Assembly (NCBI GenBank): GCA_965222225.1
Contig: CBDCTK010000002.1
Coordinates: 1,792,001 to 1,856,000, forward strand
Origin: Candidatus Poribacteria bacterium
Lineage (GTDB): Bacteria; Poribacteria; WGA-4E; JAJDTR01
DNA length: 64,000 nt
Direction: 5' to 3'
Below are positions 10,265 through 20,995 of this stretch, in pieces. Below the pieces are notes generated by a model that searched no databases, was not told the origin of the DNA, and saw nothing but the letters and a program-made list of their open reading frames with translations. The position numbers and the translations under genes were made by a program. Every line of letters starts with the position of its first letter. Positions within the stretch are counted from its first letter, which is position 1.

Positions 10265-11236
10265 CTAGTTACTACCCAAGACACGGTCAAAGAAGAATCT
10301 CAAAAATCGCTCCGCATCCACCCCGACACACACACGAGCGTTTGGTGCATGGTCTGCGCGTTTGGCGCGGAGATTGCCAACGGTTCTGCCTCGAGTCAAA
10401 GCGCTCAGCGTTTCGACCTGTACATAGGCATCCACAATATCGAAAAGGTCTGGCCGTAGCAGATAACCGATTGCAAGCGGATCGTGCAAATACAGACCAT
10501 TGAATCCTTCATGCTCCTGATGGTACACCATACACGCCTGTGTGGAGTCTTGTAGGAACCGAATCAACCGAGTGTTCCGTTGGTTCGCTTCCGCGTTCAA
10601 ACGGCCGCGGGTCAGAACTACCTCGTGTGTTACATCAAGGGGTGTCATAGTGACCGGTATGCCGAAGTTGAATACCACCTGCGCCGCTTGCGGGTCGGCA
10701 TAAATGTTAAATTCGGCTTGTGTCGTCACATTCCCATAGATTTCGAATACGCCCCCCATTAGCACAATTTCTCGAACCCTTCGCATCACCGTTGGATTAT
10801 TGAGCATAGCCTTTGCAATATTAGTCAGAGGACCAACAGGCACCAGAATCAACTCGTCGGGATATCGGTTGACCATATCGATAATTACATCTACTCCCCG
10901 AATTGAGGACAACGGGTATTCAAGTTCCGGGTAAAGCCTTGTTCCGTCGGGGTTCAAGTATTCAGATATACCGCCCAGCCCATCTAAACCGTGAACGTGC
11001 GCTGATGTCACAAGTGGCACGGCTAACGGTTCCTTTGCCCCTTGAGAGATTAACGGCAATTCCGGAAAATCCATGCACCCTAGTGTAATCAGTAGATTCC
11101 GAGTACACTGCTCCACATGAACGTTGCCGCTCACGGTTGTAATCGCCTCAACTTTGAGTTCTGGAGATTTCAGCGCAAAGATAACTGCGAGCGCATCGTC
11201 TACACCAATGTCGGTGTCAATTACGACACGTTTCAT
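10265..11236 (-). CDS. Inosine-uridine preferring nucleoside hydrolase
   Basis: DTDIGVDD, GPLTN, AEFNIYADP and LHDPLA motifs. Confidence 0.95.
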   Translation of the reverse strand: MKRVVIDTDIGVDDALAVIFALKSPELKVEAITTVSGNVHVEQCTRNLLITLGCMDFPELPLISQGAKEPLAVPLVTSAHVHGLDGLGGISEYLNPDGTRLYPELEYPLSSIRGVDVIIDMVNRYPDELILVPVGPLTNIAKAMLNNPTVMRRVREIVLMGGVFEIYGNVTTQAEFNIYADPQAAQVVFNFGIPVTMTPLDVTHEVVLTRGRLNAEANQRNTRLIRFLQDSTQACMVYHQEHEGFNGLYLHDPLAIGYLLRPDLFDIVDAYVQVETLSALTRGRTVGNLRAKRADHAPNARVCVGVDAERFLRFFFDRVLGSN

Positions 11237-11340
11237 GGAGTTTCACCAATCTTGTAACCGGGACTCACGAAGAATTACCGCCGTTCACATGAGGTTAGGA
11301 CAACTTCCCATATTGAGAGATTTCATTTTTGCAAGCCGCG

Positions 11341-13143
11341 CTAAAAAACATGACCGATGCCGTAGGTAATCACAGGAACACGAGATGCGCCTTCAAGGGT
11401 ATCCAGGGGGTAGGCAAAATCGAACCGATATATGCGGGACCCGCTCAACCGTGGAATGCTAAATCTCAGACCTGCTCCAATGCTGCGTTTCGGTTGGCTC
11501 AAGACGAGTTCGTTGCCACTCCAGATGTAACCAAGGTCCAAAAATATCACTGATCCGATTACAACCAGAGAGTTTAGTTTCTCGAGCAGGCCACCGTTGA
11601 AGATTGTGCGGCTTTCAATGTTCAGGATTATCATCTTCTCTCCATTGAAAGCGTACGGGCTGTAACCGCGCATCCCGTTTTCTCCGTCAAGAATTACCTG
11701 GCTTTCACCCTCGCGTCCGAACTCGAACACGGTAGACAACCGAGCCGCCAGCGTTTGATAGAGAAGGTTTTTGCGGGCCAACTTAATCCTCCCGTTGAAA
11801 ACCGATTCACGAGGTTCACTACTAAGTCGCGTTGTATAGTCTGTGTGCGTATTCAAGAAGAGCGAATCTTGGTGTGCTAACGATAAGGAAAACAACCAAT
11901 TCAGAACTGTTTCCGACCGATCTGATCCGTAGAACGGCGAACCGTACCCAATGGACATGCTATATCCGTATCCGACGGTAATATCCTCTACGCGGCCCAT
12001 CTGATTGACGTATCGTGACCGAACGAAATCTATGTCTCGATGTCCAACCGAGATGCCGAGTATCTTGATGTCTCGATCTTGCGGGGCAAATCTTGATTTG
12101 GTTTCTCCCCAAGTCGTGCCAGGAGATATCTCAGGTGGGGTGAATTTTGAACGTTCGGAAAGTCCCCACGCCGAGAGCTGTAATTGTTTATGTCGATCTC
12201 CGAAGAAACGGGTAATCTGTCCCGTACTTTGCTGTCTACTACGGCCATATTCATCTGTTGGCGTCCCATGTTCATACCAGTGCTTTGAATCGATATGCTC
12301 CGAGGCCTTAAATGCGGCGCTCCAGCGGGTTTTCAGCGTGTATTGTGGTCGCTGCAAACTCACTTCCCAAGAATCGCCCACGCGTTGCTGCGTATAGAAG
12401 CCATCAAATTCCCAATGCGAACTGAAAAGGTGCGGCTCCGTGTAGCGGGTCCGAATTAGGCTTCGCGTCGGAATCTTCGCCTCGCTAATCCGCTGATATC
12501 GAAATTGTGCTTGATTGCCGGTGCCAAACATATTCGAATCAACGACTTGCACGAGAAAGTCAGAACTATCTTTGCTAAAGGCGGGTATATCCAAGGCAGG
12601 TATCACCGACCAGAGATCTACGACGATAACTCGTATCTCAACAGTAGAGGTCTCGGCGTCCCACGCCGCGTCAATTTCTGCGCTACCAAGATAAGGTTTT
12701 CGGCGCAGAATACGCTCACTCTCCAATTCATCTTCCACCGTGTAAACATCCCCGGTTTTGAAAAGAAGCTCTCGGAGAATAACATGATCTCTTGTGCGCG
12801 AGTTCCCTTCGACTGTCAACTGCCCAATCCGACCCTCATCAATGTAGATATGCAGGTAGACTCCGTCGGGGAAGCTTCTTTTGAACAGGCGTTTCTCATC
12901 AATTCGTGCGAAACTAAACCCGTTTTTTCTATAAAAGCCGACAATGCGCTTGAAGTCCTCCCGCAGCAATTCTTCATCGTAAGTCTCTCCTACTTCGGTT
13001 TGCATCCCTTGGCGGAGTTGCTTATTGGAAAATGCCTCATTACCGCGCAGGATGATTTTGCGAACAGCTTGGTGGTTTGCCATCGCCGAGCCGCAAAATA
13101 TGATGAATAATGCCAAAGTGACGAAAAAACGTGCGTTCATCAC
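11341..13143 (-). CDS. BamA/TamA-like outer-membrane protein with POTRA domains
   Basis: Signal peptide, GNSRTRDHVILREL POTRA, MRGY loop, terminal Phe. Confidence 0.85.
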   Translation of the reverse strand: MMNARFFVTLALFIIFCGSAMANHQAVRKIILRGNEAFSNKQLRQGMQTEVGETYDEELLREDFKRIVGFYRKNGFSFARIDEKRLFKRSFPDGVYLHIYIDEGRIGQLTVEGNSRTRDHVILRELLFKTGDVYTVEDELESERILRRKPYLGSAEIDAAWDAETSTVEIRVIVVDLWSVIPALDIPAFSKDSSDFLVQVVDSNMFGTGNQAQFRYQRISEAKIPTRSLIRTRYTEPHLFSSHWEFDGFYTQQRVGDSWEVSLQRPQYTLKTRWSAAFKASEHIDSKHWYEHGTPTDEYGRSRQQSTGQITRFFGDRHKQLQLSAWGLSERSKFTPPEISPGTTWGETKSRFAPQDRDIKILGISVGHRDIDFVRSRYVNQMGRVEDITVGYGYSMSIGYGSPFYGSDRSETVLNWLFSLSLAHQDSLFLNTHTDYTTRLSSEPRESVFNGRIKLARKNLLYQTLAARLSTVFEFGREGESQVILDGENGMRGYSPYAFNGEKMIILNIESRTIFNGGLLEKLNSLVVIGSVIFLDLGYIWSGNELVLSQPKRSIGAGLRFSIPRLSGSRIYRFDFAYPLDTLEGASRVPVITYGIGHVF

Positions 13144-13167
13144 TTTAATCCTAAAATTAGAGTGGGG

Positions 13168-15261
13168 CTAGTGCGCTGGAGGTGATTCACCCGGAGCAGT
13201 ACGTTCATGATTTGAGAGTATGCCTTCAATGAGCATGCAGACGAGTGCCAAAATTAGCAGTTCGCCCCAAATTTCCTTTCCCATTCGGTGAGAGTTTAGC
13301 CTAAGATTCAGCGATTCGGACGAGGCAGGAACCATCGGCTGAGCGCCGACTCGGTCTATCGCCTCTTGAATCTCAATAGTGCGCAAATCGGATTCCGTCG
13401 GTTCAACATTGACGGCGAAAAAATCTCGAACCAACCGCTCCTTGCCGTGTACATCAACCTGATAAATCCCGGGTAAATCTGCTCCATCAAATCTCAGGTC
13501 ACCACTCGCGCTAATTGAAACAGTTTCGGTCGAACCAGATGGGTCGCCCACTCGCTCCACGGAGGCCTTTGTTGCCTTCGCGTAACGGTAATTGGCAGTA
13601 AATGTGTCTCCGACAAGCAGATTTCTGTCGTGCGCGGATTGAATCGCCTTGGCATAGAGTACCGTCTGCTGCAGCAACGGGACAAAATGCGGATTGACCA
13701 TTAGGTTTGACGCATCACGCTGGCTGGCGGATACATTAAATACGATGGCTCTGCCCGAATGAATTCGCCGTTCAACCACAAAAGGCGTTCTGTTAGATAG
13801 TTCCGCAATGACACGCGCATCCTCCGCCGGATTGAAGATTAAGCCTTGATAAAACTGCGGCGCGTATTGTCCCGAAAAATCGTCCGCACCAAAAATATTG
13901 AATATCGGGTGATTGGCGTCGAACTCCGACAGTGTCAAGGGTGGATGCCAGTCCATTAAGGCGCCGAGGCTAGCTGGCATCCAATCGGAAAACTGATTGT
14001 AACTTGACACGTCAATCTTGTCGCCCACGAAATACACGACACTTTTACCCGCACGAATGAAGCTTTGAAGTTGTAGCTTAATCCGATCAGCAAGCTGAGG
14101 CACGTCCGCAAAGATGATAACGTCGTAGTCCTCTAACGCGAAATCTGCGAACTCTTGGGCGGAGCAACTTACCGGAAGAATCGTGAATTCCGTTGCAGGT
14201 GTTGCCTGCATTTCGGGATTCAGCGCTAACGTCAAGTACAGCGTCTGTTCACCGACACAAAGCACTCGAATCTGACCGTAAGCGCCAAATGCAAAGTAAC
14301 GTCGATTGTCGACCTGCAATCGATCTGGTGTGAGATTAACATAACCTGTGTGCGTTCCGGGTGATTCAAATTTATGTGTAAAAGTTGCGACGATTGCCTC
14401 ACGTGCAGGCACATTGGAAGTCAGCGATCTGCGCTTTTTGCCATCAATAAAAAGCGTTAACGTGATTTCTCCCTGAGACGAAGCGGAATGATTGTTGACG
14501 CTTACGTTTAACTGAACGGGGTGATGTGCCCCAATTAGTTGATTAGAAACTTGAAGTTCTTCAATGCTCGCGTTATCCTCGTTTGCCTCGCCTACAGGAA
14601 GCAGGAAAATCTTAGCTCCCGATCGATTCGGCACACGTCCCCAGGTGCCCCAACCGTTTCTGCCAAAGTCAGAAATCAAGTAAATCTCTTTGTTCGGGGA
14701 AACCGAGGTCTCAAGGATATCATGGGCTAACTCCAGACTAGGCGGCACGAGTGTAGATCGGCTGGAAACCTCTGCCTGACGAATTCCTGCTTTTGCGGCA
14801 TCCAAGTCTCTCGTCAACTTCATGAAGATAGTATCTGGGATGTCAGACATTAAGATGGCCGCTACGCTGTCTCCGTGTCGAAGTGAGTCGGCAACTTCCA
14901 ACGCTACCTGTTTTGCCTTGTCGAATCTTTGACCTTGGATTCCTTGATATCCCATACTAAAGGAGTTATCCAGTATTACGACTGCGCTGGTTTTCGCACG
15001 AGCTCCGGCAAACGAGAATTGGTTTTTCAGCAGGGGGCGGGCGAGGGCAAGCGCAATGAGGGTAATGATCGCCACTCGCAGAAATAAGATTAAGAGATTC
15101 TTGAGCTGAATACGCCGCACGTTCTGGCGATGCGCAACCAAGAGGAACATAAGGCTGCTGAAATCAACCCTTTTCGCTTGACGGCGACTCCAGAGGTGAA
15201 TGAGAAGAGGTATCGCGGCAGCAAGTACCCCGAGAAGCAAAATCGGGTTGAGAAAGCCCAA
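13168..15261 (-). CDS. BatA N-terminal + vWA domain membrane protein
   Basis: FLNP..IPLLIHL..FSSL BatA motif, LDNSFSM MIDAS, AVN.EPTESDL. Confidence 0.85.
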   Translation of the reverse strand: MGFLNPILLLGVLAAAIPLLIHLWSRRQAKRVDFSSLMFLLVAHRQNVRRIQLKNLLILFLRVAIITLIALALARPLLKNQFSFAGARAKTSAVVILDNSFSMGYQGIQGQRFDKAKQVALEVADSLRHGDSVAAILMSDIPDTIFMKLTRDLDAAKAGIRQAEVSSRSTLVPPSLELAHDILETSVSPNKEIYLISDFGRNGWGTWGRVPNRSGAKIFLLPVGEANEDNASIEELQVSNQLIGAHHPVQLNVSVNNHSASSQGEITLTLFIDGKKRRSLTSNVPAREAIVATFTHKFESPGTHTGYVNLTPDRLQVDNRRYFAFGAYGQIRVLCVGEQTLYLTLALNPEMQATPATEFTILPVSCSAQEFADFALEDYDVIIFADVPQLADRIKLQLQSFIRAGKSVVYFVGDKIDVSSYNQFSDWMPASLGALMDWHPPLTLSEFDANHPIFNIFGADDFSGQYAPQFYQGLIFNPAEDARVIAELSNRTPFVVERRIHSGRAIVFNVSASQRDASNLMVNPHFVPLLQQTVLYAKAIQSAHDRNLLVGDTFTANYRYAKATKASVERVGDPSGSTETVSISASGDLRFDGADLPGIYQVDVHGKERLVRDFFAVNVEPTESDLRTIEIQEAIDRVGAQPMVPASSESLNLRLNSHRMGKEIWGELLILALVCMLIEGILSNHERTAPGESPPAH

Positions 15262-15458
15262 GGAAATAAACTCCTTCGCGGGTCAAGAAACAGAAAAGTA
15301 AGGACGTGATGTGCGATCAGTGCATAGAAAACTGTAAGATTGTATCACGGCACGCAAACAATAAAACAGTATTATAGGTGAAAACGGGACGGAGATTCAA
15401 GTTGAAATAAGGAGGTGTCGTTCCCTAAATAAGCCCAGAGAGAACGCCGGCATTGTAC

Positions 15459-15487
15459 TTGACTTTCCCTTAAGTGTGCAGTAGAAT
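15459..15487 (+). promoter_or_regulatory. Sigma70-type promoter of iscS-mrp
   Basis: TTGACT-N17-TAGAAT. Confidence 0.65.
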
Positions 15488-15512
15488 TATCATTGATTCA
15501 AGCCAAAGGTGA

Positions 15513-16715
15513 GTGAACATGAAGGGCCAGGACAACATCGTCTATATGGATTATCATGCGACGACACCTCTAGACCCACAGGTCGTAGCGGCGATGATGC
15601 CCTATCTGACAACCTGCTTTGGCAATGCATCCAGCACAGCGCATGTGTTCGGGTGGAAGGCAAAAGATGCCGTGGAAAAGGCTCGACGCCAAGTTGCTGA
15701 ACTCATCAACTGCTCACCGGAAGAGCTTATATTTACGAGCGGCGCCACAGAATCAGACAACCTGGCGATTAAAGGCGTTGCATACGCTTATAAGCACAAA
15801 GGCAACCATATCATTACTAGCACCGCGGAGCACCACGCCGTGTTGGATACGTGTGCGGCCTTGGAGAACGAAGGGTTCAAAGTTACATATCTGCCCGTTG
15901 ATGAGTACGGCATGATTCAACCGCAACAGGTTGAGGATCATATCACGAGTCAAACTATCCTGATTAGTCTCATCTATGCGAATAATGAAGTTGGCACGAT
16001 TAATCCTCTCTCGGAGATAGGAAAGATTGCAGGAGAACATGGCGTACTTTTCCATTCTGATGCGGTGCAAGCGGTTGGCAAGATTGACTCCGATGTTGAT
16101 CGACTGGGATTTGATCTTATGTCGCTCACCGCACACAAGATGTACGGTCCCAAAGGAATCGGCGCTCTCTATATTCGCGCGAGGAAGCCGGAGATTCAAT
16201 TGACCCCCATGATTCACGGCGGCGGGCAAGAGAATCACATTAGACCGGGCACACTCAACGTTCCCGGTATCGTCGGTTTTGGCGAGTCGTGCGAACTCTC
16301 AAAAACTTTGATGTTCGAGGAATCTGAACGAATCTCCGATTTGCGAGATAAGCTCTATCGCGCACTCTTTAACCGAATCGACCGCATTTATCTGAACGGG
16401 CACGCCGAAAAACGTCTCGCCGGGAATCTTAACATCAGTTTTGAATTTGTAGAAAGCGAAGCGTTGTTGGCAAGCTTGGATAACATTGCGCTGTCTGCAG
16501 GCTCGGCTTGTACATCCGGCGCCGTTCAAGCGTCTCACGTATTGCTCGCCATGCGACTGAAAGAGGAACTGGCGCATACGGCGGTTCGTTTCGGATTAGG
16601 TCGATTCACCACCGAGGAAGATGTCGATCAGGTCATTGACGCCGTGGTGAAAGCGGTTCACCGCTTGCGGCAACTGTCGCCGCTCTATGAGGGAGATTTG
16701 TCGAATACGGGCTGA
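15513..16715 (+). CDS. iscS: Cysteine desulfurase
   Basis: YMDYHATTP, TAHKMYGPKG, SAGSACTS and LRQLSPLYE motifs. Confidence 0.93.
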   Translation: MNMKGQDNIVYMDYHATTPLDPQVVAAMMPYLTTCFGNASSTAHVFGWKAKDAVEKARRQVAELINCSPEELIFTSGATESDNLAIKGVAYAYKHKGNHIITSTAEHHAVLDTCAALENEGFKVTYLPVDEYGMIQPQQVEDHITSQTILISLIYANNEVGTINPLSEIGKIAGEHGVLFHSDAVQAVGKIDSDVDRLGFDLMSLTAHKMYGPKGIGALYIRARKPEIQLTPMIHGGGQENHIRPGTLNVPGIVGFGESCELSKTLMFEESERISDLRDKLYRALFNRIDRIYLNGHAEKRLAGNLNISFEFVESEALLASLDNIALSAGSACTSGAVQASHVLLAMRLKEELAHTAVRFGLGRFTTEEDVDQVIDAVVKAVHRLRQLSPLYEGDLSNTG

Positions 16716-16790
16716 CAGACGAAAACTCTCAAAAGACGAACTCCGAGGCATGACGATTTCGTATGACGTGTACCTTTAAAAGGACGAGAC

Positions 16791-17771
16791 ATGAACTTTT
16801 TCAAAAAAGGCAATAAAAACACAGATTCAACGAATAATGAAACGACTCAATCGACGACAAAGGGGCATCCGGAGCTTAAAGTAATCAGTGGCTCTCAGAT
16901 TTCTCGCCCGACGGCTGCTCCGCGCACGGGGCCTGCTCAGGGTATGCCGCAAGCGGACACCGGACAACACAATGTGGAACTTCCTGACATCCGTTATAAG
17001 ATTGCTGTAGCAAGCGGAAAGGGCGGCGTGGGAAAATCGACAGTCGCAACCAACTTGGCGATTGCACTTTCACGCGGCGGCGCGAAGGTCGGACTGATGG
17101 ACGCTGATGCTTACGGGCCGAGCATTCCCACAATGATGGGCATCAGCGAGAAACCCCAAACAAGCCCGGAAAGGAAATTGATCCCGTTGGTCAGACACGA
17201 CATCCAGTTGATGTCAATCGGCTTCATGGTGCCGGAAGAGCAAGCAATGATTTGGCGCGGCCCCATGTTGCACAGTGCTATCCGTCAGTTTCTTAGCGAT
17301 GTGGATTGGGGTGAGTTAGAGTATCTTATCATAGATTTGCCGCCCGGTACGGGAGACGCAGCCCTCTCCTTGACCCAAGCCATCCCACTGACCGGTGCGG
17401 TGATTGTGACGACGCCCCAAGATGTCGCCTTAGCCGATGTCAGACGCGGCGCCGCCATGTTCGATCGCTTGGGCGTGCCGATTTTGGGCGTCGTCGAGAA
17501 TATGAGTTACTTTCTCTGTCCACACTGTGGCGAGAGGACGGACATCTTCAGGTCCGACGGCGGGAAAAAGACCAGCGAAAAGCTAGGGGTTCCATTCCTT
17601 GGGCGGGTTCCGCTAGACGCGGAGGTATGCACTGCTGGCGATCTCGGCGTCCCGATTGTCGCCGCCCACCCCGATTCGCCGCAATCTCAAGCATTCTATG
17701 AAGTTGCAAACCAACTCTCGGTAGAGTTGAGTGAGCGGGGACCCGAGGATGAGTTGAAGATTATCGTGTAA
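16791..17771 (+). CDS. mrp: Mrp/ApbC/NBP35 Fe-S cluster carrier ATPase
   Basis: GKGGVGKS, DLPPGTGD, ENMS..CPHC motifs. Confidence 0.92.
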   Translation: MNFFKKGNKNTDSTNNETTQSTTKGHPELKVISGSQISRPTAAPRTGPAQGMPQADTGQHNVELPDIRYKIAVASGKGGVGKSTVATNLAIALSRGGAKVGLMDADAYGPSIPTMMGISEKPQTSPERKLIPLVRHDIQLMSIGFMVPEEQAMIWRGPMLHSAIRQFLSDVDWGELEYLIIDLPPGTGDAALSLTQAIPLTGAVIVTTPQDVALADVRRGAAMFDRLGVPILGVVENMSYFLCPHCGERTDIFRSDGGKKTSEKLGVPFLGRVPLDAEVCTAGDLGVPIVAAHPDSPQSQAFYEVANQLSVELSERGPEDELKIIV

Positions 17772-18032
17772 TGACTTAACTCTTTCACTATTCGAGTTCT
17801 TCGTGCGGCACAACTCAAGCCGAGGTTTCTGACATTCCCAATTTGAAGAAATCTTGGCTTTTTTGTTTGACCAGTCGAGATAGTTCAATAATAGACTCCA
17901 CTGTCGATGTTCGTTCCGGATTGCACGCAAATCAACGCACGGGAATTTACCTAGCTAGGGGTCAAGTCCGGACACACGCTCGATGAATTAACCAATCCAT
18001 GCGCCTTTTTAGTCTTCTATCGGGTACGCACC

Positions 18033-19481
18033 TTGGCAAATAACACATACATGGAGGATGCCCCAATGCCTGATGAAAATCAATTGATAAATGAGCTTGC
18101 GGATGTAGTCGGCCCGCAAAACGTGCTTACGGATTCAACCGCATTGTCGGTTTATGAATGTGATGGAGCGACACTCTTCAAAGCATTGCCTGATATGGTC
18201 GTCTTCCCGGAAAATGCCCAACAAATCTCTGCAATCGTAAAACTGGCTAACAAACACCAAACCCCATTCATTGCGCGGGGCGCTGGCACAGGACTGAGTG
18301 GCGGGATGCTTCCGGTACGCGGTGGAATGCTAATCGCCCTCAATCGGCTTGACCGAATCCTCGAAATCGACCTGCGAAACCAGCGTGCCGTGGTGGAACC
18401 CGGGGTGGTAAATTTGCTGCTAACCCATGCCGTTCAAGATGATGGCTACTACTACGCCCCGGACCCATCCAGCCAGAAAGCCTGTACTATTGGTGGAAAC
18501 ATAGCTGAAAATTCCGGGGGCCCTCACACCCTCAAATACGGCGTCACTACGGATCATATTTTGGGGCTGGAGGTGGTCCTACCAAATGGGGAAATCGTCG
18601 AATTCGGAGGCGCGGTTGAAGAAACGCCCGGTTACGATTTGCGCGGCGTCATGATTGGCTCCGAGGGTACCTTCGGAATTGTGACGAAAGCAACTGTACG
18701 TCTCCTCCGAAGTCCGCAGACCTATCAAACGACCCTCAGCATTTTTGAGACGATGGACGATGCCTCGAAAGCAGTGTCGAGCATTATCGCTGCGGGAATT
18801 ATCCCTGCCGCGCTGGAGATGATGGATCAACTCGTCATCAAGGCTTTAGAAGATGGGTTCCATTACGGTTTTCCACTTGACGCCGAGGCAGTCCTGATTG
18901 TTGAGCTGGATGGCATTGAAGCCGGAATGCGGGATCAGACACAACGCATCATCGCCATTCTAAATGAGCACAATGCTCGCGAAGTGCGTTACGCCAAAGA
19001 TGACGCGGATCGACAAAACCTCTGGAAGGCGCGGAAGAGTGCTTTTGGCGCTTTCGGACGGTTAGCGCCAAGTTATATTACCCAGGACGGCGTAGTTCCC
19101 CGCACGCAACTGCCCAAAGTTCTCCGACAAGTCGCGGCAATCTCACGGAAATACGACGTACCAATCGCCAATGTGTTCCATGCAGGTGACGGAAACATCC
19201 ACCCAATTGTGCTATTTGACGAACGGGATCCGGACCAGTGCGAGCGTGTTGAAATGGTCAACGAGGAGATACTTACTGCTTGTGCTGAAGCTGGCGGCAC
19301 TATTACCGGCGAGCACGGAATCGGTATTGAGAAGATGGATTACATGCCGCTCATTTTCAGTCCCGAAGATCTCAAAGTTATGGCGTCTGTCAGGGATGTC
19401 TTCAACCCGACGGGACTATGCAACCCGGGCAAGATTTTTCCGACACCCGAATCTTATATCAAGCTGGGGTTTGCTACTTGA
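18033..19481 (+). CDS. glcD: FAD-linked glycolate/lactate oxidase subunit (GlcD-like)
   Basis: RGAGTGLSGG, PDPSSQ, HAGDGNIH, GEHGIG motifs. Confidence 0.85.
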   Translation: MANNTYMEDAPMPDENQLINELADVVGPQNVLTDSTALSVYECDGATLFKALPDMVVFPENAQQISAIVKLANKHQTPFIARGAGTGLSGGMLPVRGGMLIALNRLDRILEIDLRNQRAVVEPGVVNLLLTHAVQDDGYYYAPDPSSQKACTIGGNIAENSGGPHTLKYGVTTDHILGLEVVLPNGEIVEFGGAVEETPGYDLRGVMIGSEGTFGIVTKATVRLLRSPQTYQTTLSIFETMDDASKAVSSIIAAGIIPAALEMMDQLVIKALEDGFHYGFPLDAEAVLIVELDGIEAGMRDQTQRIIAILNEHNAREVRYAKDDADRQNLWKARKSAFGAFGRLAPSYITQDGVVPRTQLPKVLRQVAAISRKYDVPIANVFHAGDGNIHPIVLFDERDPDQCERVEMVNEEILTACAEAGGTITGEHGIGIEKMDYMPLIFSPEDLKVMASVRDVFNPTGLCNPGKIFPTPESYIKLGFAT

Positions 19482-19624
19482 TGAATGTCAAGTTCGATCC
19501 GGAGATTACGGTGGCTGTAGGCTTCAAAAACATTGACGACGAACAGATGTCTAATCTGTCGATAACTCAGACTCGGAAGTACCTATTCGAAGTCAAAGGA
19601 CCTCTCACCAATCACAATGCCTAA
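19481..19624 (+). CDS. 47-aa ORF overlapping glcD stop and glcE start
   Basis: TGATG overlap; MNVKFDPE... weakly DUF2283-like. Confidence 0.35.
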   Translation: MNVKFDPEITVAVGFKNIDDEQMSNLSITQTRKYLFEVKGPLTNHNA

Positions 19625-20945
19625 TTCAGACGTATTGCAGAAAGAGTTAACCCGAATTGTCGGTGAAAACGGGTTGTTGCCCAACGATAAGCACAAAGAC
19701 TACCGCGTGGACGGCTTCATGCCCAAAGCGGTCGCTTTACCTGAATCGGTTGAACAGATTCAAAAACTTCTAGCGTTCGCCACCGATCGAGGGCTTTCCG
19801 TCATTCCCGCCGGAAGTGGAACAAAACTCGGAATTGGGAATCTACCCCAGAAGGTCGATCTCGTGCTCTCAACGCGAAGACTTAACAGTATGATTGAGTA
19901 TGAACCCGCCGACCTGACTGTTACCGTGCAAGCCGGTATGCGGTTGGCGAATCTTCAGGTGCAACTCAGCGAAAACGGGCAATTTCTTCCGCTAGATCCA
20001 GCATACGCTTCGCTAGCTACAGTCGGTGGAATTGCGGCGACAAACGCAAGCGGCCCACTGCGCCTGCGACACGGTACACCTAGAAACCAAGTACTGGGGA
20101 TGCGAGTAGTTCAGTCAGGTGGTGCCGTTGTGAAGAGCGGCGGAAAAGTGGTTAAGAACGTCTCGGGTTACGATCTTAACAAGCTATACATCGGTTCGTT
20201 TGGCACGCTCGGGATTAATACGGAGTTGACATTTAAGTTGTCCCCATTGGCAGAGAACGGAATCACAATGCTTCTTAGATTCAAACGGTTTGAAGACGCA
20301 ACCAAGACAGCTTCCGACATCACTAGTTCTCAACTCTTACCAAGCTATCTCAATCTGTTCATCAACGGCGTGCCGGACACAAGAGTTCTAGAACCCAGTC
20401 TTGTCGTAGGTCTTGATGCCCACCCCAAAGCCATTGCTTGGCAAAGAAATCAGGTACAATGGATTGCGAAACAAAGCGGGGTTATAGGTGTGGAAATCAT
20501 TCAAGAGCGGCAAGCAGCGAAATTGGCAGAAGCGATGCGGACATTCACCCAGACTAATCCATCTCAGCAAATCATTGTTTGCAAGGTCAACCTGCGAATG
20601 AGCGACATTGAAGAATATATCGGTGTTGCGTTGGAGATCGCCAGCGCTCTGGCGTGTTCTGTCCGAGTAATGGGACTAATGGGCACGGGGCAGGTTTATT
20701 TCGTTTTCTCTGAATTTGCCGGTATGGTCGAACCCACGATGATTGCTTCCACATTAGCAGAATTACGAAAACACGCAAGCAGTGTCGGTGGCAACTTGAT
20801 CCTTGAAACGGCGCCGGTGGAAGTTAAACGCGATATTGATGTTTGGGGTACGGTCGGCAGCGGTTCCGAGATCATGAAAAAGATTAAGGCACAATTCGAT
20901 CCGAGCAAGCTGTTGAATCCTGGTCGATTTACCGACGGGATTTAG
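19617..20945 (+). CDS. glcE: FAD-binding oxidase subunit (GlcE-like)
   Basis: YEPADLTVTV, GGKVVKNVSGYDL, FDP..LLNPGRF motifs. Confidence 0.85.
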   Translation: MPNSDVLQKELTRIVGENGLLPNDKHKDYRVDGFMPKAVALPESVEQIQKLLAFATDRGLSVIPAGSGTKLGIGNLPQKVDLVLSTRRLNSMIEYEPADLTVTVQAGMRLANLQVQLSENGQFLPLDPAYASLATVGGIAATNASGPLRLRHGTPRNQVLGMRVVQSGGAVVKSGGKVVKNVSGYDLNKLYIGSFGTLGINTELTFKLSPLAENGITMLLRFKRFEDATKTASDITSSQLLPSYLNLFINGVPDTRVLEPSLVVGLDAHPKAIAWQRNQVQWIAKQSGVIGVEIIQERQAAKLAEAMRTFTQTNPSQQIIVCKVNLRMSDIEEYIGVALEIASALACSVRVMGLMGTGQVYFVFSEFAGMVEPTMIASTLAELRKHASSVGGNLILETAPVEVKRDIDVWGTVGSGSEIMKKIKAQFDPSKLLNPGRFTDGI

Positions 20946-20995
20946 TATTCCCCCAGCACACGCGCCAGAATCCAACCCAAGTTGCGTTTCACATC

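Noticed and set aside
15455-15480. IscR/Rrf2 operator at the iscS promoter
   Set aside because: Only a weak ACTT..AAGT symmetry, and no Rrf2 gene is adjacent
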